Below are positions 46,951-62,669 of a DNA stretch of 64,000 bases, one piece after another. The notes below the pieces were generated by a model. It searched no databases and was not told where the DNA came from. It saw only the letters and a program-made list of their open reading frames with translations. This stretch comes from Eledone cirrhosa (taxonomy: Eukaryota), in the NCBI GenBank assembly GCA_964016885.1, contig OZ024745.1, positions 82,708,001 to 82,772,000 of the forward strand, read 5' to 3'. The number at the start of each line of letters is the position of its first letter. Position 1 is the stretch's first letter. A program made the translations under genes and the position numbers.

Positions 46951-49900
46951 TGGACAGTGTAGCCTTACATAACCCCTTTACCACCATTACAGTGGACAGT
47001 GTAGCCTTACATAACCCCATTACCACCATTACAGTGGACAATGTAGTCTTACATAACCCCTTTACCACCATTACAGTGGACAATGTAGCCTTACATAACC
47101 TCTTTACCACCATTACAGTGGACAGTGTAGCCTTACATAACCCCTTTACCACCATTACAGTGGACAATGTAGTCTTACATAACCACTTTACCACCATTAC
47201 AGTTGACAATGTAGTCTTACATAACCCCTTTACCACCATTACAGTTGACAATGTAATCTTGCATAACCCCTTTACCACTATTACAGTGGACAGTGTAGCC
47301 TTACATAACCCCTTTACCACCATTACAGTTGACAATGTAGTCTTACATAACCCCTTTACCACCATTACAGTTGACAACGTAATCTTACATAACCCCTTTA
47401 CCACCATTACAGTGGACAGTGTAGCCTTACATAACCCCTCTACCACCATTACAGTGGGTAATGTAGTCTTACATAACCCCTTTACCACCATTACAGTGGA
47501 CAATGTAGTCTTACATAACCCCTTTACCACCATTACAGTGGACAATGTAGTCTTACATAACCTGTTTACCACCATTACAGTAGACAATGTAGTCTTACAT
47601 AACCCCTTTAGCACCATTACAGTGGACAATGTAGTCTTACATAACCCCTTTTACCACCATTACAGTGGACAATGTAGTCTTACATAACCCCTTTACCACC
47701 ATTACACTGGACAATGTAATCTTACATAACCCCTTCATCACGATTACAGTGGACAATGTAGCCTTACATAACCCCTTTACCACTATTACAGTGGACAATG
47801 TAGTCTTACATAACCCCTTTACCACCATTACAGTGGACAATTTTGTCTTACATAACCCCTTTACAACCATTACAGTAGACAATGTAGCCTTACATAACCC
47901 CTTTACAACCATTACAGTGGACAGTGTAGCCTTACATAACCCTTTTACCACCATTACAGTGGACAATGTAGTCTTACATAACCCCTTTACCACCATTACA
48001 GTGTACAATGTAGCCTTACATAACCCCTTTACCACCATTAGAGTTTACAATGTAGTCTTACATAACCCCTTTACCACCATTACAGTGGACAATATAGTCT
48101 TACATAACCCCTTTACCAACATTACAGTGGGTAATGTAGTCTTACATAACCCCTTTACCACCATTACAGTGGACGGTGTAGCTTACATAACCCCTTTGCC
48201 ACCATTACAGTGGACAATGTAGTCTTACATAACCCCTTTACCACCATTACAGTGGACAATGTAGTCTTACATAACCTCTTTACCACCATTACAGTAGACA
48301 ATGTAGTCTTACATATCCCCTTCATCACCATTACAGTGGGTTATGTAGTCTTACATAACCCCTTTACCACCATTACATTGGACAATGTAGCCTTACATAA
48401 CCCCTTTAACACCATTACAGTGGACAATGTAGTCTTACATAACCCCTTTACCACCATTACAGTGGACAATGTAGTCTTGCATAACCCCTTTACCACCATT
48501 ACAGTGGACAATTTAGTCTTACATAACCCCTTTACCACCATTACAGTGGACAATGTAGTCTTACATAACCCCTTTACCACCATTACAGTGGAAAATGTAG
48601 TCTTACATAACCCCTTTACCACCATTACAGTGGACAATGTAGCCTTACATAACCCCTTTACCACCATTACAGTGGACAATGTAGTCTTACATAATCCCTT
48701 TACCACCATTACAGTGGACAATTTTGTCTTACATAGCCCCTTTACCACCATTACAGTGGACAGTGTAGCCTTACATAACCCCTTTACCACCATTACAGTG
48801 GACAGTGTAGCCTTACATAACCCCTTTACCACCATTACAGTGGACAATATAGTCTTACATAACCCCTTTACCACCATTACAGTGCACAATGTAGTCTTAC
48901 ATAACCCCTTTACCACCATTACAGTGGACAATGTAGTCTTACATAACCCCTTCACCACCATTACAGTGCACAATGTAGACTTACATAACCCCTTTCCACC
49001 ATTACAGTGGACAATGTAGTCTTACATAACCCCTTTACCACCATTACAATGGACAATGTAGTCTTACATAACCCCTTTACCACCATTACAATGGACAATG
49101 TAGTTTTTACGTAACCCCTTTACCAGCATTACAGTGGAAAATGTAATCTTACATAACCCCTTTATCACGATTACAGTGGACAATGTAGTCTTACATAACC
49201 CATTTACCACCATTACAGTGGATCATGTAGTCTTACATAACCCCTTTACCACCATTACAGTGGACAATGTAGCCTTACATAACCTCCTGACCACCATTAC
49301 AGTGGGTAATGTAGTCTTACATAACCCCTTTACCACCATTACAGTGGACAATGTAGTCTTACATAACCCTTTTATCACCATTACAGTAGACAATGTAGCC
49401 TTACATAACCACTTTACCACCATTACAGTGGGTAATGTAGCCTTACATAACCTCTTTACCACCATTTCAGTGGGTAATGTAGCCTTACATAACCCCTTTA
49501 CCACCATTACAGAGGACAATGTAGTCTTACATAACCCCTTTGCCACCATTACAGTGGACAATGTAGTCTTACATAACCCCTTTACCACCATTACAGTGAA
49601 CAATGTAGCCTTACATAACCCCTTTACCACCGTTACAGTGGACAATGTAGTCTTACATAACCCCTTTACCTCCATTATAGTGGACAATTTTGTCTTACAT
49701 AACCCCTTTACCACCATTACAGTGGACAGTGTAGCCTTACATAACCCCTTTACCACCATTACAGTGGACAGTGTAGCCTTACATAACCCCTTTACCACCA
49801 TTACAGTGGACAATGTAGTCTTACATAACCCCTTTACCACCATTACAGTGAACAATGTAGCCTTACATAACCCCATTACCACCATTACAGTGGACAGTGT

Positions 49901-52900
49901 AGCCTTACATAACCCCTTTACCACCATTACAGTGGACAATGTAGTCTTACATAACCCCTTTACCACCATTACAGTTGACAATGTAGTCTTACATAACCCC
50001 TTTACCACCATTACAGTTGACAATGTAATCTTACATAACCCCTTTACCACTATTACAGTGGACAGTGTAGCCTTACATAACCCCTTTACCACCAATACAG
50101 TGGACAGTGTAGCCTTACATAACCCCTCTACCACCATTACAGTGGGTAATGTAGTCTTACATAACCTCTTTACCACCATTACAGTGGACAATGTAGTCTT
50201 ACATAACCCCTCTACCACCATTACAGTGGACAATGTAGTCTTACATAACCCCTTTACCACCATTACAGTGGAAATGTAGTCTTACATAACCCCTTTACCA
50301 CCATTACAGTGGACAATGTAGCCTTACATAACCCCTTTACAACCATTACAGTGGACAGTGTAGCCTTACATAACCCCTTTACCACCATTACAGTGGACAA
50401 TGTAGTCTTACATAACCCCTTTACCACCATTACAGTTGACAATGTAGTCTTACATAACCCCTTTACCACCATTACAGTTGACAATGGAATCTTACATAAC
50501 CCCTTTACCACCATTACAGTGGACAGTGTAGCCTTACATAACCCCTCTACCACCATTACAGTGGGTAATGTAGTCTTACATAACCCCTTTACCACCATTA
50601 CAGTGGACAATGTAGTCTTACATAACCCCTTTACCACCATTACAGTTGACAATGTAGTCTTACATAACCCCTTTACCACCATTACAGTTGACAATGTAAT
50701 CTTACATAACCCCTTTACCACCATTACAGTGGACAGTGTAGCCTTACATAATCCCTTTACCACCATTAAAGTGGACAATGTAGTCTTACATAACCCCTTT
50801 ACCACCATTACAGTGGACAATGTAGCCTTACTTAAACCCTTTACAACCATTACAGTTGACAATGTGGTCTTACATAACCCCTTTACCACCATTACAATGG
50901 ACAATGTAGTCTAACATAACCCCTCTACCACCATTACAGTGGGTAATGTAGTCTTACATAACCCCTTTACCACCATTACAGTGGACAATGTAGTCTTACA
51001 TAACCCCTTTACCACCATTACAGTGGACAATGAAGTCTTACATAACCTGTTTACCACCATTACAGTAGACAATTTTTGTAGCCTTACATAACCCCTTTAC
51101 CACCATTACAGTGGACAGTGTAGCCTTACATAACCCCTTTACCACCATTACATTGGACAATGTAGCCTTACATAACCCCTTTACCACCATTACAGTGGAC
51201 AATGTAGTCTTACATAACCCCTTTACCACCATTACAGTGGACAATGTAGTCTTACATAACCCCTTTACCACCATTACAGTGGACAATTTAGTCTTACATA
51301 ACCCCTTTACCACCATTACAGTGGACAATGTAGTCTTACATAACCCCTTTACCACCATTACAGTGGAAAATGTAGTCTTACATAACCCCTTTACCACCAT
51401 TACAGTGGACAGTGTAGCCTTACATAACCCCTTTACCACCATTACAATGGACAATGTAGTCTTACATAACCCCTTTACCACCATTACAATGGACAATGTA
51501 GTTTTTACATAACCCCTTTACCAGCATTACAGTGGAAAATGTAATCTTACATAACCCCTTTATCACGATTACAGTGGACAATGCAGTCTTACATAACCCA
51601 TTTACCACCATTACAGTGGACAATGTAGTCTTACATAACCCCTTTACAACCATTACAGTGGACAAATATCCTTACATAACCACCTTACCACCATTACAGT
51701 GGGTAATGTAGTCTTACATAACCCCTTTACCACCATTACAGTGGACAATGTAGTCTTACATAACCCTTTTATCACCATTACAGTAGACAATGTAGCCTTA
51801 CATAACCACTTTACCACCATTACAGTGGGTAATGTAGCCTTACATAACCTCTTTACCACCATTTCAGTGGGTAATGTAGCCTTACATAACCCCTTTACCA
51901 CCATTACAGAGGACAATGTAGTCTTACATAACCCCTTTGCCACCATTACAGTGGACAATGTAGTCTTACATAACCCCTTTACCACCATTACAGTGGACAT
52001 TGTAGTCTTACATAGCCCCTTTACCACCATTACAGTGGACAATGTAGTCTTACATAACACATTTACCACCATTACAGTGGACAATGTAGCCTTACATAAC
52101 CCCTTTACCACCGTTACAGTGGACAATGTAGTCTTACATAACCCCATTACCACCATTACAGTGGACAATGTAGTCTTATATAACCCCTTTACCACCATTA
52201 CAGTGGACAATGTAGCCTTACATAACCTCTTTACCACCATTACAGTGGACAGTGTAGCCTTACATAACCCCTCTACCACCATTACAGTGGGTAATGTAGT
52301 CTTACATAACCCCTTTACTACCATTACAGTGGACAATGTAGTCTTACATAACCCCTTTACCACCATTACAGTGGACAATGAAGTCTTACATAACCTGTTT
52401 ACCACCATTACAGTAGACAATTTTGTCTTACATAACCCCTTTAGCACCATTACAGTGGACAATGTAGTCTTACATAACCCCTTTTACCACCATTACAGTG
52501 GACAATGTAGTCTTACATAACCCCTTTACCACCATTACACTGGACAATGTAGTCTTACATAACCCCTTTATCACCATTACAGTGGACAATGTAGCCTTAC
52601 ATAACCCCTTTACCATAATTACAGTGGGTAATGCAGTCTTACATAACCCCTTTACTACCATTACAGTGGAAAATGTAATCTTACATAACCCCTTCATCAC
52701 GATTACAGTGGACAATGTAGCCTTACATAACCCCTTTACCACTATTACAGTGGACAATGTAGTCTTACATAACCCCTTTACCACCATTACAGTGGACAAT
52801 TTTGTCTTACATAACCCCTTTACAACCATTACAGTAGACAATGTAGCCTTACATAACCCCTTTACAACCATTACAGTGGACAGTGTAGCCTTACATAACC

Positions 52901-54074
52901 CCTTTACCACCATTACAGTGGACAATGTAGTCTTACATAACCCCTTTACCACCATTACAGTGTACAATGTAGCCTTACATAACCCCTTTACCACCATTAG
53001 AGTTTACAATGTAGTCTTACATAACCCCTTTACCATCATTACAGTTGACAATGTAATCTTACATAACCCCTTTACCACCATTACAGTGGACAGTGTAGCC
53101 TTACATAACCCCTTTACCACCATTACAGTGGAAAATGTAGTCTTACATAACCCCTTTATCACGATTACAGTGGACAATGTAGTCTTACATAACCCATTTA
53201 CCACCATTACAGTGGACAATGTAGTCTTACATAACCCCTTTACCACCATTACAGTGGACAATGTAGCCTTACATAACCTCCTTACCACCATTACAGTGGG
53301 TAATGTAGTCTTACATAACCCCTTTACCACCATTACAGTGGACAATGTAGTCTTACATAACCCTTTTATCACCATTACAGTAGACAATGTAGCCTTACAT
53401 AACCACTTTACCACCATTACAGTGGGTAATGTAGCCTTACATAACCTCTTTACCACCATTTCAGTGGGTAATGTAGCCTTACATAACCCCTTTACCACCA
53501 TTACAGAGGACAATGTAGTCTTACATAACCCCTTTGTCACCATTACAGTGGACAATGTAGTCTTACATAACCCCTTTACCACCATTACAGTGGACAATGT
53601 AGTCTTACATAACCCCTTTACCACCATTAAAGTGGACAATGTAGTCTTACATAACCCCTTAACCACCATTACAGTGGACAATTTTGTCTTACATAACCCC
53701 TTTACCACCATTACAGTGGACAGTGTAGCCTTACATAACCCCTTTACCACCATTACATTGGACAATGTAGCCTTACATAACCCCTTTACCACCATTACAG
53801 TGGACAATGTAGTCTTACATAACCCCTTTACCACCATTACAGTGGACAATGTAGTCTTACATAACCCCTTTACCACCATTACAGTGGACAATTTAGTCTT
53901 ACATAACCCCTTTACCACCATTACAGTGGACAATGTAGTCTTACATAACCCCTTTACCACCATTACAGTGGAAAATGTAATCTTACATAACCCCTTTACC
54001 ACCATTACAGTGGACAATGTAGCCTTACATAACCTCTTTACCACCATTACAGTGGACAATGTAGTCTTACATAA

Positions 54075-57000
54075 TCCCTTTACCACCATTACAGTGGACA
54101 ATTTTGTCTTACATAGCCCCTTTACCACCATTACAGTGGACAGTGTAGCCTTACATAACCCCTTTACCACCATTACAGTGGACAGTGTAGCCTTACATAA
54201 CCCCTTTACCACCATTACAGTGGACAATGTAGTCTTACATAACCCCTTTACCACCATTACAGTGCACACTATAGTCTTACATAACCCCTTTACCACCATT
54301 ACAGTGGACAATGTAGTCTTACATAACCCCTTTACCACCATTACAGTGCACAATGTAGTCTTACATAACCCCTTTACCACCATTACAGTGGACAATGTAG
54401 TCTTACATAACCCCTTTACCACCATTACAATGGACAATGTAGTCTTACATAACCCCTTTACCACCATTACAGTGGACAATGTAGTCTTACATAACCCCTT
54501 TACCACCATTACAATGGACAATGTAGTTTTTACATAACCCCTTTACCAGCATTACAGTGGAAAATGTAATCTTACATAACCCCTTTATCACGATTACAGT
54601 GGACAATGTAGTCTTACATAACCCATTTACCACCATTACAGTGGACAATGTAGTCTTACATAACCCCTTTACCACCATTACAGTGGACAATGTAGCCTTA
54701 CATAACCTCCTTACCACCATTACAGTGGGTAATGTAGTCTTACATAACCCCTTTACCACCATTACAGTGGACAATGTAGTCTTACATAACCCTTTTATCA
54801 CCATTACAGTAGACAATGTAGCCTTACATAACCACTTTACCACCATTACAGTGGGTAATGTAGCCTTACATAACCTCTTTACCACCATTTCAGTGGGTAA
54901 TGTAGCCTTACATAACCCCTTTACCACCATTACAGAGGACAATGTAGTCTTACATAACCCCTTTGCCACCATTACAGTGGACAATGTAGTCTTACATAAC
55001 CCCTTTACCACCATTACAGTGGACAATGTAGTCTTACATAGCCCCTTTACCACCATTACAGTGGACAATGTAGTCTTACATAACACATTTACCACCATTA
55101 CAGTGAACAATGTAGCCTTACATAACCCCTTTACCACCGTTACAGTGGACAATGTAGTCTTACATAACCCCTTTACCTCCATTATAGTGGACAATTTTGT
55201 CTTACATAACCCCTTTACCACCATTACAGTGGACAGTGTAGCCTTACATAACCCCTTTACCACCATTACAGTGGACAATGTAGTCTTACATAACCCCTTT
55301 ACCACCATTACAGTGAACAATGTAGCCTTACATAACCCCATTACCACCATTACAGTGGACAGTGTAGCCTTACATAACCCCTTTACCACCATTACAGTGG
55401 ACAATGTAGTCTTACATAACCCCTTTACCACCATTACAGTTGACAATGTAGTCTTACATAACCCCTTTACCACCATTACAGTTGACAATGTAATCTTACA
55501 TAACCCCTTTACCACTATTACAGTGGACAGTGTAGCCTTACATAACCCCTTTACCACCAATACAGTGGACAGTGTAGCCTTACATAACCCCTCTACCACC
55601 ATTACAGTGGGTAATGTAGTCTTACATAACCTCTTTACCACCATTACAGTGGACAATGTAGTCTTACATAACCCCTCTACCACCATTACAGTGGACAATG
55701 TAGTCTTACATAACCCCTTTACCACCATTACAGTGGAAATGTAGTCTTACATAACCCCTTTACCACCATTACAGTGGACAATGTAGCCTTACATAACCCC
55801 TTTACAACCATTACAGTGGACAGTGTAGCCTTACATAACCCCTTTACCACCATTACAGTGGACAATGTAGTCTTACATAACCCCTTTACCACCATTACAG
55901 TTGACAATGTAGTCTTACATAACCCCTTTACCACCATTACAGTTGACAATGTAATCTTACATAACCCCTTTACCACCATTACAGTGGACAGTGTAGCCTT
56001 ACATAACCCCTCTACCACCATTACAGTGGGTAATGTAGTCTTACATAACCCCTTTACCACCATTACAGTGGACAATGTAGTCTTACATAACCCCTTTACC
56101 ACCATTACAGTTGACAATGTAGTCTTACATAACCCCTTTACCACCATTACAGTTGACAATGTAATCTTACATAACCCCTTTACCACCATTACAGTGGACA
56201 GTGTAGCCTTACATAATCCCTTTACCACCATTAAAGTGGACAATGTAGTCTTACATAACCCCTTTACCACCATTACAGTGGACAATGTAGCCTTACTTAA
56301 ACCCTTTACAACCATTACAGTTGACAATGTGGTCTTACATAACCCCTTTACCACCATTACAATGGACAATGTAGTCTAAGATAACCCCTTTATCACCATT
56401 ACAGTGGACAATGTAGCCTTACATAACCCCTTTACCACCATTACAATGGACAATGTAGTTTTTACATAACCCCTTTACCAGCATTACAGTGGAAAATGTA
56501 ATCTTACATAACCCCTTTATCACGATTACAGTGGACAATGTAGTCTTATATAACCCATTTACCACCATTACAGTGGACAATGTAGTCTTACATAACCCCT
56601 TTACCACCATTACAGTGGACAATGTAGCCTTACATAACCTCCTTACCACCATTACAGTGGGTAATGTAGTCTTACATAACCCCTTTACCACCATTACAGT
56701 GGACAATGTAGTCTTACATAACCCTTTTATCACCATTACAGTAGACAATGTAGCCTTACATAACCACTTTACCACCATTACAGTGGGTAATGTAGCCTTA
56801 CATAACCTCTTTACCACCATTTCAGTGGGTAATGTAGCCTTACATAACCCATTTACCACCATTACAGAGGACAATGTAGTCTTACATAACCCCTTTGCCA
56901 CCATTACAGTGGACAATGTAGTCTTACATAACCCCTTTACCACCATTACAGTGGACAATGTAGTCTTACATAGCCCCTTTACCACCATTACAGTGGACAA

Positions 57001-60000
57001 TGTAGTCTTACATAACACATTTACCACCATTACAGTGGACAATGTAGCCTTACATAACCCCTTTACCACCGTTACAGTGGACAATGTAGTCTTACATGAT
57101 CCCTTTACCACCATTACAGTGGACAATTTTGTCTTACATAGCCCCTTTACCACCATTACAGTGGACAGTGTAGCCTTACATAACCCCTTTACCACCATTA
57201 CAGTGGACAGTGTAGCCTTACATAACCCCTTTACCACCATTACAGTGGACAATGTAGTCTTACATAACCCCTTTACCACCATTACAGTGCACACTATAGT
57301 CTTACATAACCCCTTTACCACCATTACAGTGGACAATGTAGTCTTACATAACCCCTTTACCACCATTACAGTGCACAATGTAGTCTTACATAACCCCTTT
57401 ACCACCATTACAGTGGACAATGTAGTCTTACATAACCCCTTTACCACCATTACAATGGACAATGTAGTCTTACATAACCCCTTTACCACCATTACAGTGG
57501 ACAATGTAGTCTTACATAACCCCTTTACCACCATTACAATGGACAATGTAGTTTTTACATAACCCCTTTACCAGCATTACAGTGGAAAATGTAATCTTAC
57601 ATAACCCCTTTATCACGATTACAGTGGACAATGTAGTCTTACATAACCCATTTACCACCATTACAGTGGACAATGTAGTCTTACATAACCCCTTTACCAC
57701 CATTACAGTGGACAATGTAGCCTTACATAACCTCCTTACCACCATTACAGTGGGTAATGTAGTCTTACATAACCCCTTTACCACCATTACAGTGGACAAT
57801 GTAGTCTTACATAACCCTTTTATCACCATTACAGTAGACAATGTAGCCTTACATAACCACTTTACCACCATTACAGTGGGTAATGTAGCCTTACATAACC
57901 TCTTTACCACCATTTCAGTGGGTAATGTAGCCTTACATAACCCCTTTACCACCATTACAGAGGACAATGTAGTCTTACATAACCCCTTTGCCACCATTAC
58001 AGTGGACAATGTAGTCTTACATAACCCCTTTACCACCATTACAGTGGACAATGTAGTCTTACATAGCCCCTTTACCACCATTACAGTGGACAATGTAGTC
58101 TTACATAACACATTTACCACCATTACAGTGAACAATGTAGCCTTACATAACCCCTTTACCACCGTTACAGTGGACAATGTAGTCTTACATAACCCCTTTA
58201 CCTCCATTATAGTGGACAATTTTGTCTTACATAACCCCTTTACCACCATTACAGTGGACAGTGTAGCCTTACATAACCCCTTTACCACCATTACAGTGGA
58301 CAATGTAGTCTTACATAACCCCTTTACCACCATTACAGTGAACAATGTAGCCTTACATAACCCCATTACCACCATTACAGTGGACAGTGTAGCCTTACAT
58401 AACCCCTTTACCACCATTACAGTGGACAATGTAGTCTTACATAACCCCTTTACCACCATTACAGTTGACAATGTAGTCTTACATAACCCCTTTACCACCA
58501 TTACAGTTGACAATGTAATCTTACATAACCCCTTTACCACTATTACAGTGGACAGTGTAGCCTTACATAACCCCTTTACCACCAATACAGTGGACAGTGT
58601 AGCCTTACATAACCCCTCTACCACCATTACAGTGGGTAATGTAGTCTTACATAACCTCTTTACCACCATTACAGTGGACAATGTAGTCTTACATAACCCC
58701 TCTACCACCATTACAGTGGACAATGTAGTCTTACATAACCCCTTTACCACCATTACAGTGGAAATGTAGTCTTACATAACCCCTTTACCACCATTACAGT
58801 GGACAATGTAGCCTTACATAACCCCTTTACAACCATTACAGTGGACAGTGTAGCCTTACATAACCCCTTTACCACCATTACAGTGGACAATGTAGTCTTA
58901 CATAACCCCTTTACCACCATTACAGTTGACAATGTAGTCTTACATAACCCCTTTACCACCATTACAGTTGACAATGTAATCTTACATAACCCCTTTACCA
59001 CCATTACAGTGGACAGTGTAGCCTTACATAACCCCTCTACCACCATTACAGTGGGTAATGTAGTCTTACATAACCCCTTTACCACCATTACAGTGGACAA
59101 TGTAGTCTTACATAACCCCTTTACCACCATTACAGTTGACAATGTAGTCTTACATAACCCCTTTACCACCATTACAGTTGACAATGTAATCTTACATAAC
59201 CCCTTTACCACCATTACAGTGGACAGTGTAGCCTTACATAATCCCTTTACCACCATTAAAGTGGACAATGTAGTCTTACATAACCCCTTTACCACCATTA
59301 CAGTGGACAATGTAGCCTTACTTAAACCCTTTACAACCATTACAGTTGACAATGTGGTCTTACATAACCCCTTTACCACCATTACAATGGACAATGTAGT
59401 CTAAGATAACCCCTTTATCACCATTACAGTGGACAATGTAGCCTTACATAACCCCTTTACCACCATTACAATGGACAATGTAGTTTTTACATAACCCCTT
59501 TACCAGCATTACAGTGGAAAATGTAATCTTACATAACCCCTTTATCACGATTACAGTGGACAATGTAGTCTTATATAACCCATTTACCACCATTACAGTG
59601 GACAATGTAGTCTTACATAACCCCTTTACCACCATTACAGTGGACAATGTAGCCTTACATAACCTCCTTACCACCATTACAGTGGGTAATGTAGTCTTAC
59701 ATAACCCCTTTACCACCATTACAGTGGACAATGTAGTCTTACATAACCCTTTTATCACCATTACAGTAGACAATGTAGCCTTACATAACCACTTTACCAC
59801 CATTACAGTGGGTAATGTAGCCTTACATAACCTCTTTACCACCATTTCAGTGGGTAATGTAGCCTTACATAACCCATTTACCACCATTACAGAGGACAAT
59901 GTAGTCTTACATAACCCCTTTGCCACCATTACAGTGGACAATGTAGTCTTACATAACCCCTTTACCACCATTACAGTGGACAATGTAGTCTTACATAGCC

Positions 60001-60295
60001 CCTTTACCACCATTACAGTGGACAATGTAGTCTTACATAACACATTTACCACCATTACAGTGGACAATGTAGCCTTACATAACCCCTTTACCACCGTTAC
60101 AGTGGACAATGTAGTCTTACATGATCCCTTTACCACCATTACAGTGGACAATTTTGTCTTACATAGCCCCTTTACCACCATTACAGTGGACAGTGTAGCC
60201 TTACATAACCCCTTTACCACCATTACAGTGGACAGTGTAGCCTTACATAACCCCTTTACCACCATTACAGTGGACAATGTAGTCTTACATAACCC
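54075..60295. repeat. 72-monomer tandem duplication (3,025 bp x2), specific to copy 3
   Basis: 54557/57582, 55774/58799, 56489/59514 and marker AGTGCACACTATAG at 54261/57286 all differ by 3025 = 72x42+1. Confidence 0.88.
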
Positions 60296-62270
60296 TTTTA
60301 TCACCATTACAGTAGACAATGTAGCCTTACATAACCCCTTTACCACCATTACAGTTGACAATGTAGTCTTACATAATCCCTTTACCACCATTAAAGTGGA
60401 CAATGTAGTCTTACATAACCCCTTTACCACCATTACAGTGGACAATGTAGCCTTACTTAAACCCTTTACAACCATTACAGTTGACAATGTGGTCTTACAT
60501 AACCCCTTTACCACCATGACAATGGACAATGTAGTCTAACATAACCCCTTTATCACCATTACAATGGACAATGTAGTTTTTACATAACCCCTTTACCAGC
60601 ATTACAGTGGAAAATGTAATCTTACATAACCCCTTTATCACGATTACAGTGGACAATGTAGTCTTACATAACCCCTTTACCACCATTACAGTGGACAATG
60701 TAGTCTTACATAACCCTTTTATCACCATTACAGTAGACAATGTAGCCTTACATAACCACTTTACCACCATTACAGTGGGTAATGTAGCCTTACATAACCC
60801 ATTTACCACCATTACAGTGGACAGTGTAGCCTTACATAACCCCTTTACCACCATTACAGTGGACAGTGTAGCCTTACATAACCCCATTACCACCATTACA
60901 GTGGACAATGTAGTCTTACATAACCCCTTTACCACCATTACAGTGGACAATGTAGCCTTACATAACCCCTTTACCAACATTACAGTGGACAGTGTAGCCT
61001 TACATAACCCCTTTACCACCATTACAGTGGACAATGTAGTCTTACATAACCCCTTTACCACCATTACATTTGACAATGTAGTCTTACATAACCCCTTTAC
61101 CACCATTACAGTTGACAATGTAATCTTACATAACCCCTTTACCACTATTACAGTGGACAGTGTAGCCTTACATAACCCTTTACCACCGTTACAGTGGACA
61201 ATGTAGTCTTACATGATCCCTTTACCACCATTACAGTGGACAATTTTGTCTTACATAGCCCCTTTACCACCATTACAGTGGACAGTGTAGCCTTACATAA
61301 CCCCTTTACCACCATTACAGTGGACAGTGTAGCCTTACATAACCCCTTTACCACCATTACAGTGGACAATGTAGTCTTACATAACCCTTTTATCACCATT
61401 ACAGTAGACAATGTAGCCTTACATAACCCCTTTACCACCATTACAGTTGACAATGTAGTCTTACATAATCCCTTTACCACCATTAAAGTGGACAATGTAG
61501 TCTTACATAACCCCTTTACCACCATTACAGTGGACAATGTAGCCTTACTTAAACCCTTTACAACCATTACAGTTGACAATGTGGTCTTACATAACCCCTT
61601 TACCACCATGACAATGGACAATGTAGTCTAACATAACCCCTTTATCACCATTACAATGGACAATGTAGTTTTTACATAACCCCTTTACCAGCATTACAGT
61701 GGAAAATGTAATCTTACATAACCCCTTTATCACGATTACAGTGGACAATGTAGTCTTACATAACCCCTTTACCACCATTACAGTGGACAATGTAGTCTTA
61801 CATAACCCTTTTATCACCATTACAGTAGACAATGTAGCCTTACATAACCACTTTACCACCATTACAGTGGGTAATGTAGCCTTACATAACCCATTTACCA
61901 CCATTACAGTGGACAGTGTAGCCTTACATAACCCCTTTACCACCATTACAGTGGACAGTGTAGCCTTACATAACCCCATTACCACCATTACAGTGGACAA
62001 TGTAGTCTTACATAACCCCTTTACCACCATTACAGTGGACAATGTAGCCTTACATAACCCCTTTACCAACATTACAGTGGACAGTGTAGCCTTACATAAC
62101 CCCTTTACCACCATTACAGTGGACAATGTAGTCTTACATAACCCCTTTACCACCATTACATTTGACAATGTAGTCTTACATAACCCCTTTACCACCATTA
62201 CAGTTGACAATGTAATCTTACATAACCCCTTTACCACTATTACAGTGGACAGTGTAGCCTTACATAACCC
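60085..62270. repeat. 26-monomer higher-order repeat, two full tandem units (1,092 bp)
   Basis: 60607/61699 cassette starts; rare ACATTTGAC variant at 61069 and 62161. Confidence 0.85.
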
Positions 62271-62669
62271 CTTTACCACCAATACAGTGGACAGTGTAGC
62301 CTTACATAACCCCTCTACCACCATTACAGTGGGTAATGTAGTCTTACATAACCTCTTTACCACCATTACAGTGGACAATGTAGTCTTACATAACCCCTCT
62401 ACCACCATTACAGTGGACAATGTAGTCTTACATAACCCCTTTACCACCATTACAGTGGAAATGTAGTCTTACATAACCCCTTTACCACCATTACAGTGGA
62501 CAATGTAGCCTTACATAACCCCTTTACAACCATTACAGTGGACAGTGTAGCCTTACATAACCCCTTTACCACCATTACAGTGGACAATGTAGTCTTACAT
62601 AACCCCTTTACCACCATTACAGTTGACAATGTAGTCTTACATAACCCCTTTACCACCATTACAGTTGAC

